Shown piece after piece: positions 30,777-40,985 of a stretch of DNA of 64,000 bases. The stretch is from contig AMWX01000001.1 in assembly GCA_000307935.1 (NCBI GenBank), positions 329,899-393,898 on the forward strand, given 5' to 3'. The notes under the pieces were generated by a model, which was not told the origin of the DNA, did no database searches, and was given only the letters and a program-made list of their open reading frames with translations. Position 1 is the stretch's first letter; each line of letters starts with the position of its first letter. Origin of the DNA: SAR86 cluster bacterium SAR86E (GTDB taxonomy: Bacteria; Pseudomonadota; Gammaproteobacteria; Magnimaribacterales; D2472). Made by a program: the position numbers and the translations under genes.

Positions 30777-32078
30777 TTATTTGTTTGCTAATTCAGAAAA
30801 TTTTATCACCTTTACCTTTGATTTGAGGTCAGAATCTAATTTTTCAATGAGCAAGTTTTCTAAAATAACCATTTTATATTGATCTAATTGCTGAGGTTGG
30901 CTTTGAATCCAGGATTTAAATTGATCAGCATCTTTATATTTCTTTGCTTCTTCATCAATAAAATTATTTACATCTTCTTCGGTCACTTCAAGCTGATATT
31001 TTTTTAATAAAGCAGAAAATAATAAATCCAGTCTCACTCTCTTTTCGGCATTTTCTTTAAATTCATCAATTGGAAATAGATCTTCGGGAGCATTTTCTGG
31101 AGTTTGACCCATTCGCATTAAAGAGTCCTTTCTCATGAGTTCAGCCTGCTCTGTAACAGTTGCATTTGGGACCTTGAAGGTATTACTCTCAAGAAGAGTT
31201 TCATAAATGGACTCTTTAGTGAGTGATTTTTCTTGTTGCGCAATCTCACCTTCCATGCGTTTATTGATTTCTGCTCGAAAACTTTTTTCGTCCGAAACCT
31301 CCTCCATCGCCAATTGGTCAAAAAGACTCTTATCTATTTTTGCTTTATTCATTTCCTGAACTTCATTTAGACTAATAAAAAATTCAGTTTCTTTTCCAGC
31401 AAGATCTTTTTTAAAATAATCCTCAGGAAAATTTGTTTTAAAAGAAAAGCTATCTCCAGATTTTTTACCAACAAGGTTATCTTCAAACCCTGGGATCATA
31501 GATTTGGAGCCTAGAACAAGCTTAAAGTCCTTTGACTCATTACCTTCAAAGGGTTCGCCATCAATCTTACCCTCAAAATCAATGATCACTTGATCTTGGT
31601 CTTTAGCCTCCCTATCAACTTTTTCCCATGTGCAATATCTCTCTAAGATATCGTTAATAGCAAGATCTATATCTGAATCATCAAGGGTAATTTCTGATCT
31701 TTCAAAACTTTTCCAGCGGGATAGCTTAGGCTTGACTTCGGGAAATACTTCAAAGACTGCTGAATAAGAAACGGGCTTTGAAGGATCTTCGCTTTCAATG
31801 TTAATGGCAGGTGATGAAGCAGGTTTTAGATCCTTTTCTTGAAGTTCTTTGGGGTAGCTTTCTTGAATAAGTTCGTTCAGTACTTCGTAATGAATTGAAT
31901 CGCCATATCGTTGCTTCAGAACATCATCAGGCACATTTCCTTTTCTAAAGCCATCTAACTTGGCTGTAGATTTAATTTTTGAAAGCTTGCCGCCATATTT
32001 TTTTTCATAATCCTCAACTGGGACTGAAACAGTAAGCTTGCGTTCTAAATCTTTAAGTTTTTTTATTTTACTGGTCAT
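30777..32078 (-). CDS. tig: Trigger factor
   Basis: GFRKGNVP signature, FKBP domain (MIPGFE); synteny with clpP. Confidence 0.95.
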   Translation of the reverse strand: MTSKIKKLKDLERKLTVSVPVEDYEKKYGGKLSKIKSTAKLDGFRKGNVPDDVLKQRYGDSIHYEVLNELIQESYPKELQEKDLKPASSPAINIESEDPSKPVSYSAVFEVFPEVKPKLSRWKSFERSEITLDDSDIDLAINDILERYCTWEKVDREAKDQDQVIIDFEGKIDGEPFEGNESKDFKLVLGSKSMIPGFEDNLVGKKSGDSFSFKTNFPEDYFKKDLAGKETEFFISLNEVQEMNKAKIDKSLFDQLAMEEVSDEKSFRAEINKRMEGEIAQQEKSLTKESIYETLLESNTFKVPNATVTEQAELMRKDSLMRMGQTPENAPEDLFPIDEFKENAEKRVRLDLLFSALLKKYQLEVTEEDVNNFIDEEAKKYKDADQFKSWIQSQPQQLDQYKMVILENLLIEKLDSDLKSKVKVIKFSELANK

Positions 32079-32098
32079 TTTATTTGTCTAATTTTAAT

Positions 32099-32176
32099 TG
32101 GGGCGAGCGATGGGGTTCGAACCCACGGCCTCCGGAGCCACAATCCAGCGCTCTAACCAACTGAGCTACGCCCGCC
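32099..32176 (-). tRNA. tRNA-His(GTG)
   Basis: Cloverleaf with G-1, anticodon loop TTGTGGC, TTCGA and encoded CCA. Confidence 0.96.
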
Positions 32177-32224
32177 AAGAAACGAAACATTATAGATGTA
32201 AAAAGCTTATAATAATATTTTTTT

Positions 32225-33640
32225 GTGGGGGTTATTTTGGTAAATAAAAATTTTTTAAGGAGCACCAATAAATTATTTGATCAGGCCCTTGAATTTTCTG
32301 AACTTTCTGATGATTTAGCAACTCGAATTAGAGTTTGCAATTCAACATACACCATTAATTTTGGGGTAAAGCTTCGAAATCATATCCATACTTTTACTGG
32401 CTGGAGATCAGTTCACTCAGAGCATTTTGAGCCAGCTAAGGGCGGTATTAGATATGATATTAATGCATCTCAGGAAGAGGTTGAAGCTCTTGCAGCTCTT
32501 ATGACCTATAAATGCGCAATTATTGAAGTGCCGTTTGGCGGCTCGAAAGGTGCATTAAAAATTAATCCAAGAGATTGGAGCAAAGAGGAGATTGAAAAAA
32601 TTACACGGAGATTTGCTCAAGAATTAATTAAAAGAGATCTTATTCATCCTGCCCAAAATGTACCTGCTCCCGATATTGGAACTGGAGCAAATGAAATGGC
32701 TTGGATTGCTGATGAGTACAGAAGAATCTATCCTACTGATATTAATGCTCTTGCATGTGTTACTGGGAAACCTCCAGAAAAAGGCGGTCTTGTTGGAAGA
32801 TCAGAGGCGACTGGTCGCGGCGTTCAATTTATTATTAGGGAATTCTTCAGGCACAAGGAAGATTTTTCTAAAGCAGGTTTCAAAGGTGGCCTAAAAAATA
32901 AAAAAGTTATCATCCAGGGATTTGGCAATGTTGGATTTCATGTTGGAAAGTTTCTCCAAGAGGATGATGATTGTAAAATTATTAGTGTCTTAGAGCATAA
33001 TGGCGCAATAGTTAATCCCAATGGGCTAGATGTTACCGAAATAAAAGATTTTTATAGTATCAATGGAACCTTTGAGGGCTTTTCTGAGGGTGAGTTTGTA
33101 GAAAATTCTTCAAAGTTATTGTGCTCTGAGTGCGATATTTTAATTCCAGCAGCTACAGAAAATGTAATTGATGAAGAGAATGCCAATAATATTCAAGCTA
33201 AATTGATTGTTGAGGCTGCAAATGGCCCTGTGACCTATGAAGCAGATCAAATATTAAATAACAAAGGGGTGATTATTATTCCGGATATTATGGCGAATGC
33301 TGGCGGTGTTGCTGTTAGTTATTTTGAATGGATAAGAAATTTAAGGCACATTAGATTTGGTCGACTTGAAAAAAGACGAAACGCTTATCAATTTGATACT
33401 TTAATCTCTGCAATTGAGACAATGACAGGCAAAGAAATGCCAGAGAAATTTAAAGAGCAATTCATTGAAGGAGCTAGTGAAATTGATCTAATTCGCTCAG
33501 GACTTGATGATATTATGCGAGAAGCCTATCAAAAAACTAGGCAAAGCCAAATTGACAATAATATTCCTACTTTAAGAACTGCTGCTTACAAACTTGCATT
33601 AGACAGGATTGCAATAAGCTATGATTCAATTGGTTTATAA
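32225..33640 (+). CDS. gdhA: Glu/Leu/Phe/Val family glutamate dehydrogenase (start uncertain: GTG 32225 or TTG 32237)
   Basis: KGGIRY, PFGGSKG, VPAPD, GFGNVG, EAANGP and NAGGVAVSYFEW. Confidence 0.9.
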   Translation: MGVILVNKNFLRSTNKLFDQALEFSELSDDLATRIRVCNSTYTINFGVKLRNHIHTFTGWRSVHSEHFEPAKGGIRYDINASQEEVEALAALMTYKCAIIEVPFGGSKGALKINPRDWSKEEIEKITRRFAQELIKRDLIHPAQNVPAPDIGTGANEMAWIADEYRRIYPTDINALACVTGKPPEKGGLVGRSEATGRGVQFIIREFFRHKEDFSKAGFKGGLKNKKVIIQGFGNVGFHVGKFLQEDDDCKIISVLEHNGAIVNPNGLDVTEIKDFYSINGTFEGFSEGEFVENSSKLLCSECDILIPAATENVIDEENANNIQAKLIVEAANGPVTYEADQILNNKGVIIIPDIMANAGGVAVSYFEWIRNLRHIRFGRLEKRRNAYQFDTLISAIETMTGKEMPEKFKEQFIEGASEIDLIRSGLDDIMREAYQKTRQSQIDNNIPTLRTAAYKLALDRIAISYDSIGL

Positions 33641-34284
33641 GACTTCGAAGGAAAAATAATTTTATCAGAAGATTTTGGATCCCAAATTTCATATTTTTCC
33701 ATTGCTAATTTAAATAAATTACTTGTTTCAAAAGTATTTAATAAATTAATCAATTTTTTAAAGTCCTGTACAAAGAACCATGAAGGGTTGGCAATTTTAA
33801 ATTGCCTGATAAATGGAAGAATGGAAATATCCAATAAACTTACTTGAGTTCCAAAAATCCATGGCGCAGGACTAATTTCTGCCTCTAAGCTCATCAGAAT
33901 ATCAAAACAAGTCTGTCGATGCTCAAGAGGATTAGCATCATACCTTGAAGCATATTTATATCTGTCGAGATGATATTTAAATTTTGAATCAAACAGCTCA
34001 ATAAACTTATTGCTGACCTTGGATTCTGAATCAGAATATTGATAGATATTTTGCGAGTTATTACTCATTGCCCAAGCTATAATATCTAAGCTTTCATCGA
34101 GAATTTTATCTGTAAGCTGAAGGACTGGAACTGTCCCCTTGGGAGAAATTTCTAGCATTTCAACAGGTTTTTGTTTTAATAATATTTCTCGAATTTCACA
34201 CTGGCTAGTCGATAGAATTAATGACATTCTTGCGCGCATCGCATATGGACATCGCCTAAAAGAATAGAGTATTGGTTTCGTCAT
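33619..34284 (-). CDS. Glutathione S-transferase family protein
   Basis: LYSFRRCPYAMRAR, SPKGTVPVL and DESLDI motifs. Confidence 0.9.
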   Translation of the reverse strand: MTKPILYSFRRCPYAMRARMSLILSTSQCEIREILLKQKPVEMLEISPKGTVPVLQLTDKILDESLDIIAWAMSNNSQNIYQYSDSESKVSNKFIELFDSKFKYHLDRYKYASRYDANPLEHRQTCFDILMSLEAEISPAPWIFGTQVSLLDISILPFIRQFKIANPSWFFVQDFKKLINLLNTFETSNLFKLAMEKYEIWDPKSSDKIIFPSKSYKPIES

Positions 34285-35219
34285 TTATGTTTAACTTCAA
34301 ATTGAGATCCAAGATGTTTTTGATTCCTGCTTTTTGCTAAGTCTATTTGCTTTTGCCTATCGGCATATCGCTTTTTTTGATCGGCAGTTTTGCGATCAAA
34401 ACACTTCGGGCAACTGATACCTCTTAAAAATTTCTTAGATTGCTTATCATTATCTGTTATGGGCATTCTGCATCCATGACACATATCATAAGAGCCAACA
34501 TTTAACTTATGATCAACTGACACACGATCATCAAATACAAAACATTCTCCTTGCCAGAGAGACTCCTGCTCAGGAACCGTTGCAATGTAGTTTAAAATGC
34601 CGCCTCTTAAATGTGAAACATTTTTAAACCCTTGCTGCTTCATCAGTGATGATGCTTTTTCGCAACGAATTCCTCCAGTACAAAACATAGCAATTTCAGT
34701 ATTTTTATCTACTTTCTTATCCAATGTATTAACCCAGTCAGGGAATTCTCTGAAATTTGTTGTTTGTGGCTGAATTGAGTTCTTGAAGCTGCCTATTGCA
34801 TTTTCATAAGTATTGCGAGTATCAATTACCAAAACATCTTTTCTATTAATTAACCTATTCCAATCTTCTGGCTCGACATAATCTCCCACTTGAGCCAGGG
34901 GATCAGCTTTTTTATTTCCAATACTTACTATTTCATCTTTTATTTTAATTTTTAATCTTGGAAATGGCTCTATTGAAGCAAATGAAATCTTAAAGTTTGA
35001 TTCATTAAGTAATTTTTTTTTCTGCAAAAAAAGTTTAAATTCATCCATTGACTTATTTGATCCAGCCACTGTTCCATTTATTCCCTCTGTTGCTAGAAGA
35101 ATGGTCCCTTTCACTGACAAAGACTCCAAGAGTTTTCTAAGATTAGATTGTAATTCTTGCAAATTCACCATTGGAGTGAATTGGTAAAATGCAGCAATTT
35201 TATACTCTTGATTTTTCAT
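34281..35219 (-). CDS. trhO: tRNA uridine(34) hydroxylase TrhO (YceA, rhodanese-related)
   Basis: EGINGT, DTRN.YE, MFCTGGIRCEKA, GGILNY and CFVFDDR motifs. Confidence 0.9.
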   Translation of the reverse strand: MKNQEYKIAAFYQFTPMVNLQELQSNLRKLLESLSVKGTILLATEGINGTVAGSNKSMDEFKLFLQKKKLLNESNFKISFASIEPFPRLKIKIKDEIVSIGNKKADPLAQVGDYVEPEDWNRLINRKDVLVIDTRNTYENAIGSFKNSIQPQTTNFREFPDWVNTLDKKVDKNTEIAMFCTGGIRCEKASSLMKQQGFKNVSHLRGGILNYIATVPEQESLWQGECFVFDDRVSVDHKLNVGSYDMCHGCRMPITDNDKQSKKFLRGISCPKCFDRKTADQKKRYADRQKQIDLAKSRNQKHLGSQFEVKHK

Positions 35220-35243
35220 TTGTTTTTATTATAAATATTTTGA

Positions 35244-37073
35244 CTAACGATTATAAAAAAATAAATCAATTGCATTGTGATCTAAAGTCTCTCTTTGTAG
35301 ATCATTGATCAAATAATTTCCATCGCTTTTTCGAAACATATATGAACAATATTGAATTTCATCAAGCGCTAAATCAACCTTCATGAACTCTAAAATTATC
35401 TCGCATTGATCGATCCAGATAAGATTTTTACTTTTTTTAATTGATCTAACCTCATTGATAAGAGGATTTGAAAAGTAGAAATCAAATCTCATCTCCTCTA
35501 TATCAAATTCATCATTGATCAGAATTAATGTCGGCAACTTGATTTGTCTCGAGCCAAAATTTATAACTTTACTCTTAAGATCTACCTCAAAATTATTATT
35601 AATCTGCGGAAAAGACCACAGCGATAAAATATCTTTTTTATAAGACTCAACAATACTTTTCATTGACAAATGACTCTCAATTAAACTGGATTCAAAAAAT
35701 AAATTTCTTCCAAAACCTAAACCTTTTGTGTGAGATCCCATAGCACTAAGAACCGTAGGTGCTATATCAAAAACAGTACCAGGCTTAGAAATTTTCTTTG
35801 GGTTAATATCTTGATCAAAAATTAAAAATAAGTTTTTTCTATCGCCCATCTCAAGCATTGAAGTGGCTGAATTTTTTAGTGCCAGATGATCAGAAGTTAC
35901 AACAAGAGTGGTATTAGCATATGCCGAGCTTAACTTAAGTTTATCTATAAATTTTCCAGCTAACTGATCAGCGCAGTGAACAGCATTTAAGATGGGATTT
36001 TTTCCGTCTTGATAAATTAACCCTTTGCATGAACTAGGGATGTAGCCATCAGGATGATGAGTATCTAAAGTTAAAGCAAAAATTCCAAATGGATTCTCGT
36101 TCCCATTCAGTTTGTTATATCTCTCTGTTAGAGCTTTATAAAGGTCATCATCATAAAGGCCCCATGGAGATAATGATGAATTACTTGCGTTTTTATGAAG
36201 TGTTTGCAAGCCCTCAACAGTCTTAAACCCATGAGAGTAATAAAATTTACCCTTGCCTCCAAAATCAAGATTGGAACCTCCAAGATAATTTAAGTCATAT
36301 TGATGTTTGGTCAAAATGTCTCCCAAGCAATTAGCTAATGGAAGAAATAGATCCATTCCTGACATTGAATTTCCTCTATAGTTAGGAACAAGTAATGGAA
36401 TTCCACATTGAGATGCAACCATGCCAGCAATAGTCCAATTAGTTGATTGTGGTGAATGAATATTCGAAAAACTTACAGCCTCCGCTTCAAGTCTTTTTAA
36501 GTTTGGAGTTAAGCCTGGGAAAATTGATTCATCAAAATATGTTCTTTCAAATTGCTCCAGATACAAATAAATAATATTTTTCTTTTTATTTAAGAATGTA
36601 TGATCGTTTGCTCTAACAAAGAAGTTTTGATTAGAGGCTTCAACTTTTAAATTATCTGTACCACTTTTAAAATACAGTTTATGCAAATCTTGAAAGAATG
36701 GATTTAGTGCAAGGCTGGATATTAGAAAAATAGGCAATGCATGGTAAAAAGAAAGAATGAAATTTTTACTCTTAAAATCTTTGATGTAAAAAGTAGAAAT
36801 TAATAAAAAACAAATAAATATATAGGTTGCTAGCAAGATAATTGGTGCGATGTAATCATAAATTCCAAAGCCAGTAATACCAAAATAAAAATGATACAAA
36901 ACTGCATCATTAATTCCATCACCAGATAGAAAATCTAGAAATAAATAAAAACCAAGGGATATTAGATTAATTAGTATTAACAATAGGCATGTCGCCCTGA
37001 CTCCTTTTTGGTGCAAAGCTTGAGTGAGGATCAATGAAATGATTGTGAGGCTTGTAGAAAAAATAAAAAACAT
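35244..37073 (-). CDS. Phosphoglycerol transferase I (OpgB/MdoB) / LTA-synthase-like sulfatase-fold membrane protein
   Basis: N-terminal TMs; YLEQFE, WTIAG (catalytic Thr), WGLYDD, TLDTHHP and TSDH. Confidence 0.82.
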   Translation of the reverse strand: MFFIFSTSLTIISLILTQALHQKGVRATCLLLILINLISLGFYLFLDFLSGDGINDAVLYHFYFGITGFGIYDYIAPIILLATYIFICFLLISTFYIKDFKSKNFILSFYHALPIFLISSLALNPFFQDLHKLYFKSGTDNLKVEASNQNFFVRANDHTFLNKKKNIIYLYLEQFERTYFDESIFPGLTPNLKRLEAEAVSFSNIHSPQSTNWTIAGMVASQCGIPLLVPNYRGNSMSGMDLFLPLANCLGDILTKHQYDLNYLGGSNLDFGGKGKFYYSHGFKTVEGLQTLHKNASNSSLSPWGLYDDDLYKALTERYNKLNGNENPFGIFALTLDTHHPDGYIPSSCKGLIYQDGKNPILNAVHCADQLAGKFIDKLKLSSAYANTTLVVTSDHLALKNSATSMLEMGDRKNLFLIFDQDINPKKISKPGTVFDIAPTVLSAMGSHTKGLGFGRNLFFESSLIESHLSMKSIVESYKKDILSLWSFPQINNNFEVDLKSKVINFGSRQIKLPTLILINDEFDIEEMRFDFYFSNPLINEVRSIKKSKNLIWIDQCEIILEFMKVDLALDEIQYCSYMFRKSDGNYLINDLQRETLDHNAIDLFFYNR

Positions 37074-37086
37074 TTTTTAAATTAAG

Positions 37087-37163
37087 TGGCGCGCCTGAAG
37101 AGATTCGAACTCCTGACCCACGGTTTAGAAAACCGTTGCTCTATCCAGCTGAGCTACAGGCGC
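37087..37163 (-). tRNA. tRNA-Arg(TCT)
   Basis: Cloverleaf, anticodon loop TTTCTAA, encoded CCA. Confidence 0.96.
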
Positions 37164-37165
37164 AC

Positions 37166-37242
37166 TGGTCGGGGTAGTAAGATTCGAACTTACGACCACT
37201 CGCTCCCAAAGCGAGTGCGCTACCAGACTGCGCTATACCCCG
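37166..37242 (-). tRNA. tRNA-Pro(TGG)
   Basis: Cloverleaf, anticodon loop TTTGGGA, encoded CCA. Confidence 0.96.
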
Positions 37243-37320
37243 AGACGAGTGATCTTAAAGTTTTAAGGTTAAATAATCAATCTCCATTGCATAAAAATTT
37301 AATGGTGGGAAAATATACTA

Positions 37321-38160
37321 ATGCCATCAAAAATCTTAGACGGAAAAGCCTTGGCTCAATTAGCTGAGGAAGATATCAAATTAAGCGTCTCAAAATTAAA
37401 AGAAAACGGTATAACCCCCACTCTTGCTACAATTTTAGTTGGAGTAGATCCCGCTTCTGCTACGTATGTAAAGATGAAACAAAATGCCTGCGCAAGGCTC
37501 GGCATGGAATCAATTGCGGTTGAGCTTAGCAAAGATACGACTACACAAGAACTTCTCAAAGTCATTGAAAAGCTGAACAATGATTCGAAGATACATGGGA
37601 TTTTATTACAGCATCCTGTCCCTTCACAAATTGATGAACGTAAATGTTTTGATAGTATAAATGTTGAAAAAGATGTTGATGGGGTGACTTGTATTGGATT
37701 CGGCCAAATGACTATGGGAGAAGATGCATATGGATCATGTACTCCAGCTGGAATAATGCGAATCCTAGATCATTATAAGATTGAAATTTCAGGCAAGAAT
37801 GCAGTTGTTATTGGTAGAAGTCCAATACTTGGTAAGCCCATGGCGATGATGCTGCTAAATAAAAATGCAACAGTCACAATATGTCATTCAAAAACTAAAA
37901 ATCTAAAAGATCACATCAAAAAAGCTGATATTTTAGTTGGAGCCGTTGGCGTTCCTCGCTTAATACAAAAAGATTGGATTAAAGATAGCGCTGTAGTTAT
38001 TGATGCGGGCTATCATCCAGTAGAAAAATGTGGGGACATAGATCTTGAAGGTATTGATTCCATTGCTTCTGCTCACACTCCTGTTCCTGGAGGAGTTGGA
38101 CCAATGACTATTAACACTTTGATTTTTAATACCTTATTGGCTGCTCAAAAATTAATTTAA
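37321..38160 (+). CDS. folD: Methylene-THF dehydrogenase/cyclohydrolase
   Basis: [19 protein letters not shown] and [11 protein letters not shown] motifs. Confidence 0.96.
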   Translation: MPSKILDGKALAQLAEEDIKLSVSKLKENGITPTLATILVGVDPASATYVKMKQNACARLGMESIAVELSKDTTTQELLKVIEKLNNDSKIHGILLQHPVPSQIDERKCFDSINVEKDVDGVTCIGFGQMTMGEDAYGSCTPAGIMRILDHYKIEISGKNAVVIGRSPILGKPMAMMLLNKNATVTICHSKTKNLKDHIKKADILVGAVGVPRLIQKDWIKDSAVVIDAGYHPVEKCGDIDLEGIDSIASAHTPVPGGVGPMTINTLIFNTLLAAQKLI

Positions 38161-38161
38161 T

Positions 38162-39844
38162 ATGTCTAGCCTTCCATTAATTGTTGGTTACGGAGGAATA
38201 AATGCAGCTGGTCGATCTATTTTTGATTTTTCACATCAAAGAATACTGTTCGACAGCATCACCAAAGAAAAACAAGCAGAAGTATTACAAAGTCTTGGCT
38301 GCCTCATGGGAACAGACTCTAAAGAGAAAATATTACAAAAAACTCTAATCAGAACCATCGATGAAGATTTTTTTGACAATCATAATTTTAGATCTCCGAA
38401 GTTACCTACCCTAGCTGGGGGACAACTGCCCTCGGGCTTTAACCCTGCTGATACCTATAATTCAAGGCAGCATCCTAGAGGTCTTGCGATGACCATTTTT
38501 GGATTGTCTGATGCTGTGATGAGTCTTGGTTTACCATGGGAAGAAATTCTTCAAAAAGTTCCTAGGGAAAAAATTTCATGCGTCTCTGGCTGTGCTGTTG
38601 CTCAAGCTGATAAATATGGTATGGGAGGAATGTTTCAAGCACCTTTGGCAGATTCTAGGATTACCAGTAAACACATGGCTATGTCATTAGGAGAAGGTAG
38701 TGCAGACTTTGGGCATGCTTATGTTCTAGGAAGCATGGGTTCAACTGGTTCATATACTGGGGCATGTGCAACTTTTCAATACAATTTAAAATTGGGAATT
38801 TCCATGATCCAATCTGGAGAATCTTTAATAAGTGTGGTTGGAGCTTCTGAATCTGGGATTGTTCCTGAAATCTATGAAGCGTTTTCTGCAACTAAAGGTT
38901 TGGCGGAAGATGTAAACCTAATAAAACTTCAAGAAAAACTCGGTGAGGATTGTGCTCACCCCAATCATCGCAAAATATGCAGACCCTTTGGGGACAATAT
39001 TGGAATGAGCTTAGGTGAATCTGCTCAGTTTGTAGTTTTAATGGCTGATAATCTTGCTCTTGAACTTGGCCTGAACATTCATGGTGCTGCATTGTCTAGT
39101 CACATTCATGCTGATGGCTATAAAAAATCAATCTCTGGACCTGGCGCTGGAAATTATTTAACAGTTGGAAAAGCAATGCATGAGATTAATAAGCATTTTG
39201 GTGAAATCGCGCTCAGTAAAACTTTTTTTCATGCGCATGGAACAAGCACTCCGCAAAACAGAGAAAGCGAATCCCATATTATTTCGAGTATATCAAAAGC
39301 ATTTGGCATTCAGTCTTTGCCTGTAACTGCTATAAAATCCTATCTTGGGCATTCTCTTGCAGCTGCAGGAGGCGATCAGATGATTAGTACCTTGGGCAGT
39401 TGGAAGAATAATTTAATTCCAGGCATAACTTCAATACCCAAAATTGCAGATAATGTATATTCTGAAAATGTAAGTTTTTTGTTAGAAAACCTAGAGTTTG
39501 AAGACGGTGATTTTGATTTTGCGGTTTTAAATGCAAAAGGCTTTGGAGGTAATAATGGCACAGCTTTAGTTGCCTCGCCAACAAAAACAATGTCACTGTT
39601 AAAAACTAAATATACATCTGAACAATTAAAAAAATATCATGCAGAAAATGAAAGTATTAGCAATCAATTGCTTGAAACTAAAAATAAGATACTTCAAGGT
39701 GATATCAAGTCTAGATATATTTTTGGTGAAAATGTCATAGATGGTCTAAACAATTTTGAGGTTGAGCCCAATAAAATTACAAATAAGCTAAACAATGAAA
39801 AATTTTACCTAGAATCAACGCTACCTTACAAAGAATTTTTTTAG
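38162..39844 (+). CDS. Beta-ketoacyl synthase, FabY-like (KAS I/II fold)
   Basis: GGINAAGR, YNSRQHPRGL; GACATF (Cys), HAHGTST and KSYLGHS (His/His). Confidence 0.8.
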   Translation: MSSLPLIVGYGGINAAGRSIFDFSHQRILFDSITKEKQAEVLQSLGCLMGTDSKEKILQKTLIRTIDEDFFDNHNFRSPKLPTLAGGQLPSGFNPADTYNSRQHPRGLAMTIFGLSDAVMSLGLPWEEILQKVPREKISCVSGCAVAQADKYGMGGMFQAPLADSRITSKHMAMSLGEGSADFGHAYVLGSMGSTGSYTGACATFQYNLKLGISMIQSGESLISVVGASESGIVPEIYEAFSATKGLAEDVNLIKLQEKLGEDCAHPNHRKICRPFGDNIGMSLGESAQFVVLMADNLALELGLNIHGAALSSHIHADGYKKSISGPGAGNYLTVGKAMHEINKHFGEIALSKTFFHAHGTSTPQNRESESHIISSISKAFGIQSLPVTAIKSYLGHSLAAAGGDQMISTLGSWKNNLIPGITSIPKIADNVYSENVSFLLENLEFEDGDFDFAVLNAKGFGGNNGTALVASPTKTMSLLKTKYTSEQLKKYHAENESISNQLLETKNKILQGDIKSRYIFGENVIDGLNNFEVEPNKITNKLNNEKFYLESTLPYKEFF

Positions 39845-39961
39845 GCAACTTGCCCTCACATGAAAAACTAAACGATGAATAAATTCATAAAATTACAGGA
39901 CAAAGTGTTAGGACATACCTTAAACTAATAATATATCCGTGTAAGGAAGGAGAAAAGGTAC

Positions 39962-40633
39962 ATGTCATATGACAAAACAAAAACTGACCCCGCTCTAGGG
40001 CAAAAGGTACATGAATATTTAGTATCAGTTGGGGTGGAGACACCTGTAATTGATAACGGCTTATCCCGTAAAGAAAAAATTGACAAGATTGAAGGTCATT
40101 TTGATGAGATCGTTGGAACATTAGGGCTTGATTTAAAAGATGATAGCTTAATGGATACTCCAAAACGCGTGGCTAAAATGTATGTCAATGAAATCTTTTG
40201 GGGACTTGATTACGATGCATTTCCCAAGGCAACTGTTGTTGAGAATAAGATGAATTACAATGAAATGATTGTAGAGAGAAACATTTCTGTTCAATCTAAT
40301 TGCGAACATCATTTTGTTGTTATTGATGGTCTCGCCACGGTTGCATATGTACCTAAGAAAAATGTTCTAGGTTTATCAAAAATTAATCGTATTGTTGAAT
40401 ACTTTTCTAAGAGACCCCAGATTCAAGAGCGTTTAACCGAGCAAATATATCATGCGCTAGCCTTTATTTTAGATACTGAAAATGTAGCTGTTATGGTGGA
40501 TGCTCAACATTATTGTGTTAAGTCAAGAGGGGTTGAAGATACCGGCAGTTCAACAATTACAAGCAGGCTCGGAGGGAGTTTTAAAGCGCATCCTGAAGTC
40601 AGGGCAGAATTCTTATCTTTACTTAAGGTGTAG
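39962..40633 (+). CDS. folE: GTP cyclohydrolase I
   Basis: TPKRVAKMY, CEHH, GLSKINR, PQIQERLT and HYCVKSRG motifs. Confidence 0.96.
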   Translation: MSYDKTKTDPALGQKVHEYLVSVGVETPVIDNGLSRKEKIDKIEGHFDEIVGTLGLDLKDDSLMDTPKRVAKMYVNEIFWGLDYDAFPKATVVENKMNYNEMIVERNISVQSNCEHHFVVIDGLATVAYVPKKNVLGLSKINRIVEYFSKRPQIQERLTEQIYHALAFILDTENVAVMVDAQHYCVKSRGVEDTGSSTITSRLGGSFKAHPEVRAEFLSLLKV

Positions 40634-40985
40634 TTTGCTCAGGCTGGTTATCATCTAAATTAACTTCCTCAGAAACAACTTCAACAACATCAACTTCTTC
40701 AGCAGACTCTGGCTCTTCAGCCTTGTCATTAAAAGGCCAAGGTTTAGCATCAGTATTAAAGCTTAGAAAATTTAAAGAATCACTAAAAAAGCCATGTAAC
40801 CAATTATTAGCGGACTGAAGCTGATTATTGATTTTAGATGTGAATAAATAGAAAAAAAATTGAACTGCGGCAATTATGATCAAAATTCCTACAACGCCAT
40901 TAATTGCAAACGAATATATGACCATGAAAAAAAATCGTTTCCACTTATTTATATCTAATAGCTCGTCTTTATTAATGTCATTCAT
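40623..40985 (-). CDS. DUF4389-like membrane protein
   Basis: WKRFFFM...VQFFF...N.QL...FL.F.TD.KPWPF pattern; follows gpsA. Confidence 0.75.
   Translation of the reverse strand: MNDINKDELLDINKWKRFFFMVIYSFAINGVVGILIIIAAVQFFFYLFTSKINNQLQSANNWLHGFFSDSLNFLSFNTDAKPWPFNDKAEEPESAEEVDVVEVVSEEVNLDDNQPEQTTP

Noticed and set aside
37086..37367. Track ORFs 37086-37367 and 32080-32268
   Set aside because: They overlap tRNA genes and are spurious
39875..39928. 17-codon ORF (MNKFIKLQDKVLGHTLN) upstream of folE as a leader peptide
   Set aside because: No RBS, no informative codon bias and no attenuator terminator
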